The notes beneath the pieces were generated by a model. That model was given only the letters and a program-made list of their open reading frames with translations, was not told the DNA's origin and made no database searches. 64,000 bases of DNA from an uncultured delta proteobacterium. Lineage in GTDB: Bacteria > Myxococcota_A > Polyangia > Polyangiales > Polyangiaceae. Positions within the stretch are counted from its first letter, which is position 1, and every line of letters begins with the position of its first letter. This document shows, one piece after another, positions 20,866 through 32,125 of this stretch. Made by a program: the position numbers and the translations under genes. The stretch is from positions 320,001 to 384,000 of the forward strand of contig CAWAIF010000003.1 in the NCBI GenBank assembly GCA_963782055.1. Reading direction: 5' to 3'.

Positions 20866-22164
20866 TCAGACGGCGTCGGAGGCGCGGTACGGGCCGCCGC
20901 CGGTCAGCCGGCCGCGCTGCGCGGGGAACGCCCCCGCGCCGCGCGTCGCGACCACCACGCCGATGCCGGTGAGCACCACCGCGAGGGTGATCAGGCCTCC
21001 CACGAAGGGCACCGAGCTGGTCACGAGGTAGAGCGCGCAGCCCACGAGCAGGTGGAGGTACGGGTTGTCCGTCTTGTGGGCGACGAGCGCCTTGCCCACC
21101 GTGGAGAGCACCGAGCAGATGCCGGCGTAGGCCGCGAAGATGCCGACCAGGAGCGCGACGATCGCCACCGGGATGCCGATGACCGTGACGCACAGGGCGG
21201 CGACGCCGACAAGACCGAGAAAGAGGCCCACCACCCCGAGCGCGAAGGACCGCATGGGACGCGACGCGGCCTCCACCCGGAGCGACTCCATCTTGCGCGA
21301 GCCGAGGGCGAAGAGCACCGCACCGAAGACGAAGAGCATCGCCGTGCGGGTGAGCGCGTCGCCGATGCTGCGCAGCACGTGGTGCGGGCGCGAGATGCTC
21401 ACCGCGTCGGTGCCGTCGCCCGTCTTGTGCACCGCGCCGCCGATCTTGGCGCCCTTGGCGCGGTCGAGCACGCCGCCCACGACGCCCACGTTGCCGTCGA
21501 TCTGCGCGCCGTCGTCGACGTGCAGCGCCCCGCCCACCGCGGTGGCGTTGCCCACGACGTGCGCGCCCTTCTCGATGTGGGCGCTGCCGCCCATCACCGT
21601 CACGTTGCCCGTCGCCGTGCCCTGCACGTCGAGGTCGCCGCCGAGCACGGTGACGTCGTGGACGACCTCCTCCGGGCCGACCACCATGTTGCCCCCGTGG
21701 GCGACGCGATCCTCTCCGCGTGTCGTCGCCGCGGGCTTCGGCGCGGCCACGGGCGGCGGCGGCGCGGGCTCGACCGCGGCCGCCGTCGCGCCGGACGCCG
21801 GCGGCGGCGGCGCGGGCTCCGCGGCCTTCGGGGCGGGCGCGGCCTCCAGCGTGATCATGCTGCCGTCGCGCCGCGCGACGTAGTCGCCGTCGTCGAGCAG
21901 CACATCGAGCAGCTTGCCCGGCGGCTCGTTCTTGACGTGCACGTCCACCGGCCCCTTGCCGTCGTCCACGCGCGAGACCAGGTTCCAGCCTGCCGCACCG
22001 GCGAGCCGCGAGAGCGCCTCCGCGCGCGTCACGTGCGTGGCGTCCAGCGACACGGGCTTCTCGTCCTTCGGCCAGTTGCCGTCGTGCTTCACGCCGGCGA
22101 GCGCGCCGCCCGACACGGTGGCGGCGCAGAGGAAGGCGAGGACCATGCGAAACGTTCGGTTCAT
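20866..22164 (-). CDS. Membrane protein: signal peptide, short N-domain, beta-helix (bactofilin/polymer-forming-like) repeats, C-terminal multi-TM domain
   Basis: ATG 22164 overlaps the anti-sigma stop. Repeats GNVTVMGG, GNATAVGG, GNVGVVGG; about 5 C-terminal hydrophobic segments. Confidence 0.78.
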   Translation of the reverse strand: MNRTFRMVLAFLCAATVSGGALAGVKHDGNWPKDEKPVSLDATHVTRAEALSRLAGAAGWNLVSRVDDGKGPVDVHVKNEPPGKLLDVLLDDGDYVARRDGSMITLEAAPAPKAAEPAPPPPASGATAAAVEPAPPPPVAAPKPAATTRGEDRVAHGGNMVVGPEEVVHDVTVLGGDLDVQGTATGNVTVMGGSAHIEKGAHVVGNATAVGGALHVDDGAQIDGNVGVVGGVLDRAKGAKIGGAVHKTGDGTDAVSISRPHHVLRSIGDALTRTAMLFVFGAVLFALGSRKMESLRVEAASRPMRSFALGVVGLFLGLVGVAALCVTVIGIPVAIVALLVGIFAAYAGICSVLSTVGKALVAHKTDNPYLHLLVGCALYLVTSSVPFVGGLITLAVVLTGIGVVVATRGAGAFPAQRGRLTGGGPYRASDAV

Positions 22165-22679
22165 CGAGAGACTCCTGCGGTGGAAGGGGCGCGATGAGCC
22201 CGCGCGACGGCAAAGCCCATGAGGGCGAGAAGCGAGGCGCACGCGACCGACAGCAGTGGCGCGAAGAGGCCCTGCCTCGCGGCGTGGGCGATGGCGAGGG
22301 TGCTGGACACCAGCATCGAGGTCTCCTGCAGCATCGAGACGCCCTGGCGGACCAGGCTGGCGCCCCGGTCGGAGAAGGCGGGGGCGGCGCCGGCGGCGGC
22401 GAGCACGACCGCCGCGGCCACCAGCTTCCACGGGAAGCGGTACGCGGTGGGCGCCTCCCCCACCGGCACGTCCGCGCTCGCCGCCGCGCGCACGGCGACG
22501 CCCAGCTCCACCGACGCGAGCGCCATCTCGCCGACGGCGGCGGCGCAGGCCTCGCACTCCTCCAGGTGGCGCGCGGCGTCGTCCTCCAGCAGGGTGAGCT
22601 GCCCGTCGGCCGCGGCCTGCCGCGCCACCTCCGAGAGGTGGCCTGCGTCCCACACGAGCTCGTGATCCAGCTTCGTCAT
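22161..22679 (-). CDS. Zinc-binding (HxxxCxxC) membrane anti-sigma factor
   Basis: ATG 22679 overlaps the sigma stop; HLEECEAC motif followed by two TM segments. Confidence 0.82.
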   Translation of the reverse strand: MTKLDHELVWDAGHLSEVARQAAADGQLTLLEDDAARHLEECEACAAAVGEMALASVELGVAVRAAASADVPVGEAPTAYRFPWKLVAAAVVLAAAGAAPAFSDRGASLVRQGVSMLQETSMLVSSTLAIAHAARQGLFAPLLSVACASLLALMGFAVARAHRAPSTAGVSR

Positions 22680-23272
22680 CGGGCCCTCCGCTCTCGCTCC
22701 TGGGCGAGCACGTCCGCCAGCGCGCGCCGGGCGCGCAGGATCCATGTCGCGACCGTGCCCAGCGGCACGCCGAGGCGCACGGCGATCTCGGCGTAACTGA
22801 GCCCCTCCACGTGGAAGAGGACGAGCGCTTCGCGCGAGCGCTCCGGCAGCGTCTGCAGCGCGCGGGCGACGATGGCGGCCTGCTCCGCGCTCACCACGCG
22901 ATCCAGCGGGGAGGGCGCCGGGTCGGGCACCGCTTCCACCGGCGAGGGCGACGAGTCGGTGGGCCCGTCCGGCGTCGCGCGCCGCACGCTGCGGGCCCTC
23001 GCGCGCAGCACGTCCAGCGCCACGTGCCGGGCGATGCCGACCACCCACGCGCGCAGCTCGGCACCCTGCCGAAGGCGCTCGCGCCCCTCGATCGCGCGGC
23101 GCAGCGTCTCGCTCACCACGTCCTTCACGTCGGCGTGGGCGGGCGCGGCGCGCAGCGTGGCCGACGCCACCGCCCGCACCAGCGGGGCCAGCGCGGCGAC
23201 CTGCTCGGCGAACGGGTCGCACGCGGGGATCACGCGAGGGGGAGCGGGCGACGGTATCGGCACGGACATCAT
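22676..23272 (-). CDS. ECF-family RNA polymerase sigma factor
   Basis: Region 2 (DVVSETLRRA...WVVGIARHVALD) and region 4 (LPERSREALVLFHVEGLSYAEIAVRLGVPLGTV). Confidence 0.92.
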   Translation of the reverse strand: MMSVPIPSPAPPRVIPACDPFAEQVAALAPLVRAVASATLRAAPAHADVKDVVSETLRRAIEGRERLRQGAELRAWVVGIARHVALDVLRARARSVRRATPDGPTDSSPSPVEAVPDPAPSPLDRVVSAEQAAIVARALQTLPERSREALVLFHVEGLSYAEIAVRLGVPLGTVATWILRARRALADVLAQERERRAR

Positions 23273-23428
23273 CGAGCTTGAGGTGTCTTCGCCGCGGGGC
23301 GCCCGAAAATTTCAGCCCTCACCCAACCCCCTGACATCACGCCCATTTTCGCACATGCCCGTGCCCGTGCCCCTGCCCCTGGAACCGATGGTGTCCGCTC
23401 GTTCTACCGGGCACGGGGTGGTGAGGGA

Positions 23429-24339
23429 TCAGGGCTTCGGGGTGACGCCCAGGACGTTGGGCACCGGACGGTAGTCCACGTTCCGGTCGCTCGCGAAGAA
23501 GCCGGTCTCGTAGCTGCCCACCGCGCGCACCGTCGTGGTGCCCGCGCGGACGTAGAGCGACGCCTCCGGCCCGCCCTCGGTGTGCATCGCGCTCGTCAGC
23601 CCGAGGCGCGGGTCGGCGAGCATCGCCGCGAGCGCGGTCATGGAGTACGGCGTGCGCACGTGACCGAGCACCAGCCGCCCCTGCTCGTCGGTCCCGACGA
23701 AGGACGCCGAGAAGATCTTGGGATCGCGCCACGGCACCGCGCGGCCGTCGCAGTCGAGGAGGCGGTAGTTCTGGATCACCGTGCGGTAGTCGCGCCGCAG
23801 CGCCGAAAGATCGAAGCCGGGGCAGCCGCGGCCCTCCGCCTTGACGGCGGGGAGCCCCGCGCGACGCGGGCCGAAGGCGAGGAAGCCGCCGTACTTCGGG
23901 TTGTCGCCGCCGTTGCCCACCGTCTTGCCGTCCACCATCAGCCCGACGCTGCGCTCGTCCTCGCCGTACATCGCCGCGTTGACCGCGGCGGAGAGCTTCT
24001 CGTCGTCGGCCCACTTCTCCACCGTCCGCGCGCCGCCGCGCGCGCGGCCCATCAGCAGCCGCGCGTCGTAGCGGGTGAGGTCGACGCGGACCAGGGTGAT
24101 GCAGCGGTCCCCCGCCTCGACCGTCGGTGCGGCGCTCGCGCGGACGCGCTCCACCGTCAGGCCGGGTGCGGCCTCGCTCGCGAGCGGCGCGTCCGGACAA
24201 GACGCGCCGCTCGCGGGGGCGCTCGCCGCCGCCGCCGGGCTCGGCGGTTTGTCCTTGCGCGAGCACGCCGCCGGCGAGGCGAGCGCGGCGAGGAGGGCGA
24301 GCCCGAGGGCGCGGGCGCCCGCGCCGCCCCCGGCCGGGT

Positions 24340-24343
<4 letters not shown>
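23429..24343 (-). CDS. Phosphodiester glycosidase (NAGPA-like) family lipoprotein
   Basis: GTG 24343 overlaps the upstream stop; lipobox PAAC; AAVNAAMY, AMHTEGGPEASL, PVPNVLGV motifs. Confidence 0.72.
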
Positions 24344-25605
<1,262 letters not shown>

Positions 25606-25638
25606 GTCAGTCCACCCGGCCGCGCACCATACCCCTTT

Positions 25639-26052
25639 TTACAGAAAGCGCGCGCGGAGCTCGGGTGTCGGGACGCGGCACGTGTCCGACTTGCCGAACC
25701 AGCGGTAGCGGTGCCGCGCGATGAAGCGGTACACGACGTCGCGCACGAAGCGCGGGACGACGATGAACAGGTACAAGAGCTTCCACCCCCCGGCGAGGCC
25801 GCGCGCGATGTGCAGCGCCGCGGTGGAGCGCTCCAGCACGCGATCGCCCTGCACCAGGAGGATGCTGTCGGGATCGCCGGACTCCTGGGGCGTGACGCCG
25901 TGCGCGCGCAAGAGCTCCTTGCCGGCGTCCGACTGCAGCGACGCGAAGCGGAAGTGGTGCCCCGGGTCGCGGTCGATGATGAAGTTCACCGTCGCGTTGC
26001 AGAGGTTGCAGACGCCGTCGAAGAGCACGATGGCCTCGCCACGATCCGCCAT
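25639..26052 (-). CDS. DCC-family thiol-disulfide oxidoreductase (DUF393)
   Basis: VLFDGVCNLCN and YRFIARHRYRWFG motifs. Confidence 0.92.
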   Translation of the reverse strand: MADRGEAIVLFDGVCNLCNATVNFIIDRDPGHHFRFASLQSDAGKELLRAHGVTPQESGDPDSILLVQGDRVLERSTAALHIARGLAGGWKLLYLFIVVPRFVRDVVYRFIARHRYRWFGKSDTCRVPTPELRARFL

Positions 26053-26103
26053 GCGGGCATCGTGGGGCTCCCCGGGCGCGCGAGCAAGCCCCGCGCGCCC
26101 GAG

Positions 26104-26949
26104 CTACTCCGCGGCCGCGGGCAACCCCACGCTCGCCAGGTACTCCGCGGCGAGGTGGTCGACGTCGTTGTGCGAGGGGTGGAAGTCGCGCTGGAGGTAC
26201 TGCCGGATGCCGTGCGCGAAGACGTAGTTGCGGCCGCCCAGCTCGCGCCGGTTCTTGCGCACCGCGAGCCACTCCTTGCCCAGCTCGCGCGCGCTCGTCT
26301 TCTCCTGCGCGAGGAGGGTGACCGCCCCGGCCGCCCAGAAGGCGCACAAGAGCGACCCCGCGAGCGCCAGGCCGGCGACGCGCAGGCGGTAGCTCGGGTT
26401 GACCTGCTGCAGCACGTCGTACGCCACCGCGCGGTGCTCGATCTCCTCCGAGGCGTGCCAGAGCAGGAGGTCGCGCATCGCAGGGTCTGCCACGTCGAAA
26501 AAGCGCGCGGTGAGCGCGTTCTCCGCGAGCATGGCGGTGAAGTGCTCCGCCGCGGCCGTCGAGGCGAGGCGCAGCTCCGGGGAGCTCACGCGCTCGACGA
26601 GGCCGTAACAGACGCGCTCGTAGACCGCGAGGAAGCGGCGCACCTCCAGGCCGCGCTGCTCCAGGATCTTGTTGAAGACGTCGTGCTCCTTCGCGTGGCG
26701 CCCCTCCTGCCCGAAGAAGCCCTTGATGCGGGCGCGCAGCTCGGGGTCCTTCACCTCGTCCACGTAGTGGCGGACGCTGCGGACGAAGAAGCGCTCCCCC
26801 GCGGGGAAGAGCAGGTTGATGCCGTTGGCGATGTGCGTGGCGACGGCGCTGCCGCCGAACCAGTGGCGCGGCACGCCGGAGAAATCGATGTCGAGGTTGC
26901 GGACGCGCAGGCCGCGCGGCTGCCCCTCGTGGGCCGTCGTCTGGGTCAT
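26104..26949 (-). CDS. Predicted metal-dependent hydrolase (ferritin-like fold)
   Basis: FPAGERFFVRSV, FFGQEGRHAKEH, AAEHFTA, WHASEEIEHRAVAYD. Confidence 0.9.
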   Translation of the reverse strand: MTQTTAHEGQPRGLRVRNLDIDFSGVPRHWFGGSAVATHIANGINLLFPAGERFFVRSVRHYVDEVKDPELRARIKGFFGQEGRHAKEHDVFNKILEQRGLEVRRFLAVYERVCYGLVERVSSPELRLASTAAAEHFTAMLAENALTARFFDVADPAMRDLLLWHASEEIEHRAVAYDVLQQVNPSYRLRVAGLALAGSLLCAFWAAGAVTLLAQEKTSARELGKEWLAVRKNRRELGGRNYVFAHGIRQYLQRDFHPSHNDVDHLAAEYLASVGLPAAAE

Positions 26950-26969
26950 GGCACCCCGAGCATAGGAAC

Positions 26970-26988
26970 TATTGAACTGAAGTCAATA
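26970..26988. promoter_or_regulatory. Putative TetR operator
   Basis: TATTGA-N7-TCAATA inverted repeat in the AT-rich 58-bp gap between the divergent hydrolase and TetR genes. Confidence 0.7.
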
Positions 26989-27007
26989 AGGTCCTAGGCT
27001 GAAAATC

Positions 27008-27655
27008 GTGACGACCAGGACACCCGCCCGCGGCCGCCCCGCGCCGCGCACCAAGCCGAAGGCCCGCCCGCGCGAGCGATTGCTCACCGCCGACCGTCGC
27101 GCGCAGCTCATCGCGCTGGGGCTGGAGGCGTTCGGCGTGCGCCCGTACGACGAGGTCTCCATCGACGACCTCGCCCGCGAGGCGAGCATCTCCAAGGGCC
27201 TGCTCTACCACTACTTCCCCACCAAGCGAGACTTCTACGTCGCCGCGCTCCGCGAGGCGGCGCGGCAGCTCCTCGCCGAGACGGCGAGCGACCCGCGCGA
27301 CGAGCCGCTGGTGCGCGCACGCAAGGGGCTCGCGGCGTACCTCGCCTTCGTCGAGCGGCACGGCCCGGCGTACGCGGCGCTCATGCGCGGCGGTATCGGG
27401 TCCGACGAGGAGGTGTCCGGTGTCATCCAGGCCACGCGCGCCGCGCTCGTCGAGCGCATCCTGAGCGAGCCGCACGGCGCCCAGGTGCCGGGCACGCCGG
27501 CGGTGCGCCTGGCGCTCTTCGGGTGGGTCGGCTTCGTGGAGGCGACGGCGCTGCAGTGGCTGGAGGCGCGCGCCGTCTCGCGGGAGCGGCTGCTGGCGAT
27601 GTGGGCGGAGATGCTCGTCCACGCCGTCGAGATGGCGGCGCGACCTCACCCCTGA
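27008..27655 (+). CDS. TetR/AcrR family transcriptional regulator
   Basis: HTH motif YDEVSIDDLAREASISKGLLYHYFPTK. Confidence 0.93.
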   Translation: MTTRTPARGRPAPRTKPKARPRERLLTADRRAQLIALGLEAFGVRPYDEVSIDDLAREASISKGLLYHYFPTKRDFYVAALREAARQLLAETASDPRDEPLVRARKGLAAYLAFVERHGPAYAALMRGGIGSDEEVSGVIQATRAALVERILSEPHGAQVPGTPAVRLALFGWVGFVEATALQWLEARAVSRERLLAMWAEMLVHAVEMAARPHP

Positions 27656-27699
27656 CGAGAGGGCCACCGGTTACAGGAAAAGCCGAGCTTCGAGCGCGC

Positions 27700-29619
27700 T
27701 CAGTGGAGGTGCGCGGCGGTGCGCGGGCCCTTGTCCTTCTTCTTCGGGGGCTTGCCCGGCGCGTTCGCCGTCGCCGCCGGCGCGGTCGCAGTGGCGGCGC
27801 TCAGCGCGGCGACGACCGTCGACGCCACCGCGGCGGGGGTCACCGTCGTCGTGGCCGCGGTCGGCTTGGTGGTCGTCGCGGACGTCGTCTTCGATGCGGG
27901 CGGCGGCGGGTTGGCCGCGGCGTGCGTCGCCGCCTCCGCCGTCGTCGTCGCCACCGCCGCCGCGCTCCCGAGCGGGGCCTCGTCCGCGGTGGCGCCCTGC
28001 GCCGGCGTGCTCGCCGTCGCCGTGGTCGTGGTCGAAGTCCCCGTGGCCGCCGCGATCGTCTCCGGCCCGGCGGCCGGAGCCCCGCCGTGCCCCAGGTAGC
28101 GAAGGCCGAGGAACGCCGCCGCGGTGCCGGCGAGTCCGAGCGCCCCCAGCGCGACGAGCACCCACAGCAGGGGGCTTCGCTTGCGCGCGGGCGGCGGCAG
28201 GGCGCGCTGGACGACCGGCAGCGGGCTCTGCGCCGCGGCCGCGGGCGGGTAGGGCATCGACGGCGGCGGGGTGTCGGCGGGAAGGGGCGCGGTGCGTATC
28301 GAGACGGGCGCCGTCACGGGTGCCGCCGCCTGCGGCGCGGGCGGGCTCACCGCCATGGCCACCGTCCGCTGGGGCATCACCGGCGCTGCGGGCTGCTGCT
28401 CGGTGGCCTGCGCGACCGCCGGCGCCACCACAGGTGCGGTGGCCACGGGCGCGGTGGGCTGCGACGGCACCGCCGCCGTCGGCGAGCGCATCGTCGCGTC
28501 CTGCATCGGCATGCGCTGGCCCTCCGGCGCTGCGGACACCCGGTCGGTGATCGTCGCGCCGGTGGGCGGGCGGGCCATCGGCGTGCGCGCGGCCGTCGCC
28601 GCGGTGGCCGGACGCGGGGGCGCCGGCCGCTGCGCCGCGGTGGCGGCGGTGGGCGTGCCGCCCGCGTGCGGCGCAGGGCGCGTCGGCGCGGCGCTCGCCG
28701 TCGGCGCGCCCTCGAGCGACGTCGGCCTCGCGAAGGGCGCGAGCGCCTCCGCCATCTCCTCCGGGCTGGTGAAGCGTTCTTGCGGGGGCTTGGAGAGCGC
28801 GCGGTCGACGATCGCCGCGAGCCCGGTGTCGATGTCCTGCCGCACCACCGCCAGCGGGACCGGCTTCTCGGTGAGGATGGCCTTGAGCAGCGCGGGCGTC
28901 GTCGGCTGATCGAAGGGCTTGCGGCCGGCGAGCGCGAAGTACATGCACGCGCCCACCGAGTAGAGGTCCGCGCGGCCGTCGACGGGATCCCCGCACGCCT
29001 GCTCCGGCGCCATGTACGAGAGGGTGCCGACCACGAAGCCGGACCGGGTGAGCTTGTCCTTGTCCTCACCGCCGAGGAGCTTCGCCACGCCGAAGTCCAG
29101 CACCTTCACGATGTCGGCCTGCACGCTGGTGCGGGAGAGGAAGACGTTGTCCGGCTTCACGTCGCGATGCACGATGCTCGCCTTGTGGGCCGCGCCGAGC
29201 GCGGAGAGCATCTGCATGGCGATGTACGCCACGCGCTCGGGCGGGAGGCGCGGCGAGCGCTTGAGCAGATCGCGCAGGCTCTCGCCCTGCAGCAGCTCCA
29301 TCACGATGAAGGGCGGCTCGCCGGGGTTGGTCTGGAAGTCGTTGATCTGCACCACGTTGGGGTGGCCGAGCGTCGCCACCGCGCGGGCCTCGCGCTCGAA
29401 GCGGGCGAGCAGCTCGGCGTCGCCGGCGAGGTGGGCGTGGAGCACCTTCAGCGCGACCTTGCGGTTGATGCCCTCCTGCACGCCGTCGTAGACGGCGCCC
29501 ATCCCGCCGGAGCCCAGCAGCTTGCCGACGCGGTAGCGTCCGCCGAGCAGGGTACCGGTGAGCTGCTCCGGGTTGGACACGTCCTCCACCTTACCCGATC
29601 GCCCCGCTCCGTCGGTCAT
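27700..29619 (-). CDS. Hanks-type Ser/Thr protein kinase with Pro/Ala/Thr linker and TM segment
   Basis: LGSGGMGAVY, VALK, HRDVKPDN, DFG, YMAPE, DLYSVG; TM LLWVLVALGALGLAG. Confidence 0.95.
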   Translation of the reverse strand: MTDGAGRSGKVEDVSNPEQLTGTLLGGRYRVGKLLGSGGMGAVYDGVQEGINRKVALKVLHAHLAGDAELLARFEREARAVATLGHPNVVQINDFQTNPGEPPFIVMELLQGESLRDLLKRSPRLPPERVAYIAMQMLSALGAAHKASIVHRDVKPDNVFLSRTSVQADIVKVLDFGVAKLLGGEDKDKLTRSGFVVGTLSYMAPEQACGDPVDGRADLYSVGACMYFALAGRKPFDQPTTPALLKAILTEKPVPLAVVRQDIDTGLAAIVDRALSKPPQERFTSPEEMAEALAPFARPTSLEGAPTASAAPTRPAPHAGGTPTAATAAQRPAPPRPATAATAARTPMARPPTGATITDRVSAAPEGQRMPMQDATMRSPTAAVPSQPTAPVATAPVVAPAVAQATEQQPAAPVMPQRTVAMAVSPPAPQAAAPVTAPVSIRTAPLPADTPPPSMPYPPAAAAQSPLPVVQRALPPPARKRSPLLWVLVALGALGLAGTAAAFLGLRYLGHGGAPAAGPETIAAATGTSTTTTATASTPAQGATADEAPLGSAAAVATTTAEAATHAAANPPPPASKTTSATTTKPTAATTTVTPAAVASTVVAALSAATATAPAATANAPGKPPKKKDKGPRTAAHLH

Positions 29620-32012
29620 TCGATGGTGACGGCCGTGCCCCCCGCGATCTTCAACAAAATCGTCGCGCCCTGGGTCATGTAGGCGCTGGCGGCGGAGGCG
29701 CGCACGTCCGCCTCGGTGGCCAGCGGCGCGAGCGTCGTGCCCCCGGCGGTCACCTTGCCGACGGCCGCGCCCTTCGCGCGCGAGCGGAGGTCGAGCGTGG
29801 CGACCACCGACGAGGCGCGGGATCCCGGCGTGAAGGTGAGCGTCGTCGCCTGCGCGTCGTCCTGCACGTCCAGCGCGGCCCCGTCATCCCACGCCGCGTG
29901 CGCCGCGCCCTGCACCCAGCCGGTGGCGTCGACGCTGTCGGCGCGGTCCTGCGCGCTCACCACGGTGCCGGCGGTCTCCGGGACGAGCGTCTGCACGTCC
30001 GCCTGCAGCATGGGCACCAGCGCGCCGGCCCGGGCGAAGAGCGGCGGCTCGCCGAGCGGCGCGGGCGCGGTGATGTCCGCCGGGCCGTCGGTGACGGTGC
30101 CGTCCCACCACGAGATCCACCGCCCCGGCGGCAGGTGCACCGCGCGGGAGGTGACGCCCGCGGTGACGACCGGCGCGACCAGCAGGTCCGGTCCGAGCAG
30201 GTACTCGTCGTCGGCGTGCGCGCGCGCGGCCACGTCGTCGGGGTAGGCGAGCGGCAGCGGGCGGATGGTGGGCGTGCCGGCGGTCTCGGCGGCGGAGAGC
30301 AGCCACGAGAGGTACGGCTCCAGGCGGGTGTGGAGCGTCGCGAGACGCGTGTAGTCTGCAACTGTCTCGTCGTCGTAGACCCATGGCGCGTGGGTGTCGC
30401 CGCCGCCGCCGAGCTGCATGATCACGCTGAGCGCGGTGTGCTCCGACCAGCGGATGAGCGCCTCCTTGCCCGGCGCGCCGTGGCGGTAGCCGCCGGTGTC
30501 CGACCCGAAGGACGGAAAGCCGCTGACCGCGAGCGACTGCGCGTCCACCACGACCGCGGGCAGGCCGCCCACGTAGCCGGTCCCGGAGCCGGTGGGGTCG
30601 CCGTGCTTCTCGAAGCCGTTGTCGAGGTCGCCGGGCCAGATGATGTCGGCCTGCGCGGCGCCGCCCCAGCTCGACGCGCGAACGATGAGGAAGCCGCCCC
30701 CGGCCTTGTCGAGCGCCTGGTGGTACGCGGCGTCGAAGGCGAGCGGGTAGGCGCGGGCCTGCCGGTCGGTGGTCCCGTCGTTGAAGGCGATGCCGAGGCG
30801 CGCGCCGAAGAGGTCGGCGATGATGTCCTCGCCGTAGTCCAGCTTGAACCCGCGGATGCCCGCGTCCACCGCCCGCGAGGCCACGTTCGCCCAGAAGTCA
30901 CGGCCCGCCGCGGTGGTGAAGTCGAGCATGCCGAACTGCGACTTGGAGTTGAAGCCCGGGGCGGCGAAGAGCTCGCCGCTCTTCAGCTTGACCAGGACGC
31001 CGGCGTCCGCCGCCTGCGTGTACAGGGCGCGCGCCGGGTCGTCCGGTCCGGTGCCCGGCTTCTCCAGGTAGGGCGTGGACCACGCGGACACCCGGTAGCC
31101 CAGCGCAGAGAGCTGACCCATCATCGAGGCCGGGTCGGAAAACCGCGGGTCGAAGCGGAAGTCGTTGTAGGAAGTCTGCCAGGGGTTGTCGATCCAGAGC
31201 GTCGTCGTCGGGATGTGGCGGACGCGCAGCTCCGCCGCGTCGCCGAGGAGCTGCTGGCCGCTCACCCACTCGTTGCGCCAGTACATGGGCCCGAGCGCCC
31301 AGCGCGGGAGCGGCCGCGGGAGCCCCGCCTTCTTCGTGAACGCGGAGACCACCGCCAGCGGGTCGCGGTCGAAGAAGAAGTAGAGGTCGGCCGTCTTGCC
31401 CTCGAAGGTGGCGGTGACGGCCGCGGCGTCGGTGGCCGCGACGTCGAACGCGCCGGACTCGCGCGTGGGCCAGAAGACGCCGTAGCCCCTGGACGAGACC
31501 AGGAAGGGGACGGGGACGTGCGCCTCGTTGGTGCCCGACTCGCTGTTGGCGTCGATCTCCATCTGCATCGGGACGATCTCGCCGCGCGGGCTCACGTGGC
31601 CGAAGCGCTCGCCCAGTCCGGCGTAGAAGCCGTCGTCGGAGGCGAGGGCGAGGGCGACGAGCGCGGTGGGCATGCCGTCGTCGGCGGTCTGCACGTGGAG
31701 CACGCCCGGCGCGGGGCTCTCGAAGGTGATCGATCCGTCCGCGATCGGGTCGAAGGTGACGCCGTCCAGCCGCTTGGGATCGTGCCAGCCGTCGGGGTCG
31801 TCGGGGTCGACGTCGCGGGAGAGCAGCGCGCGCCCGGGGGCGCTCTTCAGGATGGGCACGCCGTCACGCGTGACGACGAAGGTCCCGTCGGCGCCCAGGG
31901 ACGCGACGGTGCCGTCGCCCAGGTCCACCGTACGGGGAGGTGGCTGTGCGGGCGGCGCCGAGTCGCTGCAAGAGAGCACCGCCGCGACCGCGGCCACGAG
32001 GAAGACGCGCAT
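29616..32012 (-). CDS. Glycoside hydrolase family 31 lipoprotein
   Basis: ATG 32012 MRVFLVAAVAAVLSC; YAGLGE, VPFLVSSRGYG, GFKLDYGE nucleophile, WPGD, GSDTGGY, YLLGPDLLVAPV. The track's extension to 32897 is not part of this gene. Confidence 0.9.
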   Translation of the reverse strand: MRVFLVAAVAAVLSCSDSAPPAQPPPRTVDLGDGTVASLGADGTFVVTRDGVPILKSAPGRALLSRDVDPDDPDGWHDPKRLDGVTFDPIADGSITFESPAPGVLHVQTADDGMPTALVALALASDDGFYAGLGERFGHVSPRGEIVPMQMEIDANSESGTNEAHVPVPFLVSSRGYGVFWPTRESGAFDVAATDAAAVTATFEGKTADLYFFFDRDPLAVVSAFTKKAGLPRPLPRWALGPMYWRNEWVSGQQLLGDAAELRVRHIPTTTLWIDNPWQTSYNDFRFDPRFSDPASMMGQLSALGYRVSAWSTPYLEKPGTGPDDPARALYTQAADAGVLVKLKSGELFAAPGFNSKSQFGMLDFTTAAGRDFWANVASRAVDAGIRGFKLDYGEDIIADLFGARLGIAFNDGTTDRQARAYPLAFDAAYHQALDKAGGGFLIVRASSWGGAAQADIIWPGDLDNGFEKHGDPTGSGTGYVGGLPAVVVDAQSLAVSGFPSFGSDTGGYRHGAPGKEALIRWSEHTALSVIMQLGGGGDTHAPWVYDDETVADYTRLATLHTRLEPYLSWLLSAAETAGTPTIRPLPLAYPDDVAARAHADDEYLLGPDLLVAPVVTAGVTSRAVHLPPGRWISWWDGTVTDGPADITAPAPLGEPPLFARAGALVPMLQADVQTLVPETAGTVVSAQDRADSVDATGWVQGAAHAAWDDGAALDVQDDAQATTLTFTPGSRASSVVATLDLRSRAKGAAVGKVTAGGTTLAPLATEADVRASAASAYMTQGATILLKIAGGTAVTIE

Positions 32013-32125
32013 GCGCCATGGTACCACCCGCGACGCGTCTCTCCCGAAAGTTGGCCCCGCCGGTGCCGATCCTGTAGCGGTCGAAGCAGACGGCTGCTGG
32101 GTGATCGCGGCCGCGAGGAGGAGCC

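Noticed and set aside
23283..23314. Possible autoregulatory ECF promoter (GAAATT...GACAC on the minus strand)
   Set aside because: A single instance with no consensus to test against.
23353..23417. (GTGCCC)n hexamer runs, with a similar tract near 41867-41908
   Set aside because: Short low-complexity intergenic tracts without spacers; not a CRISPR array and too weak to define an element.
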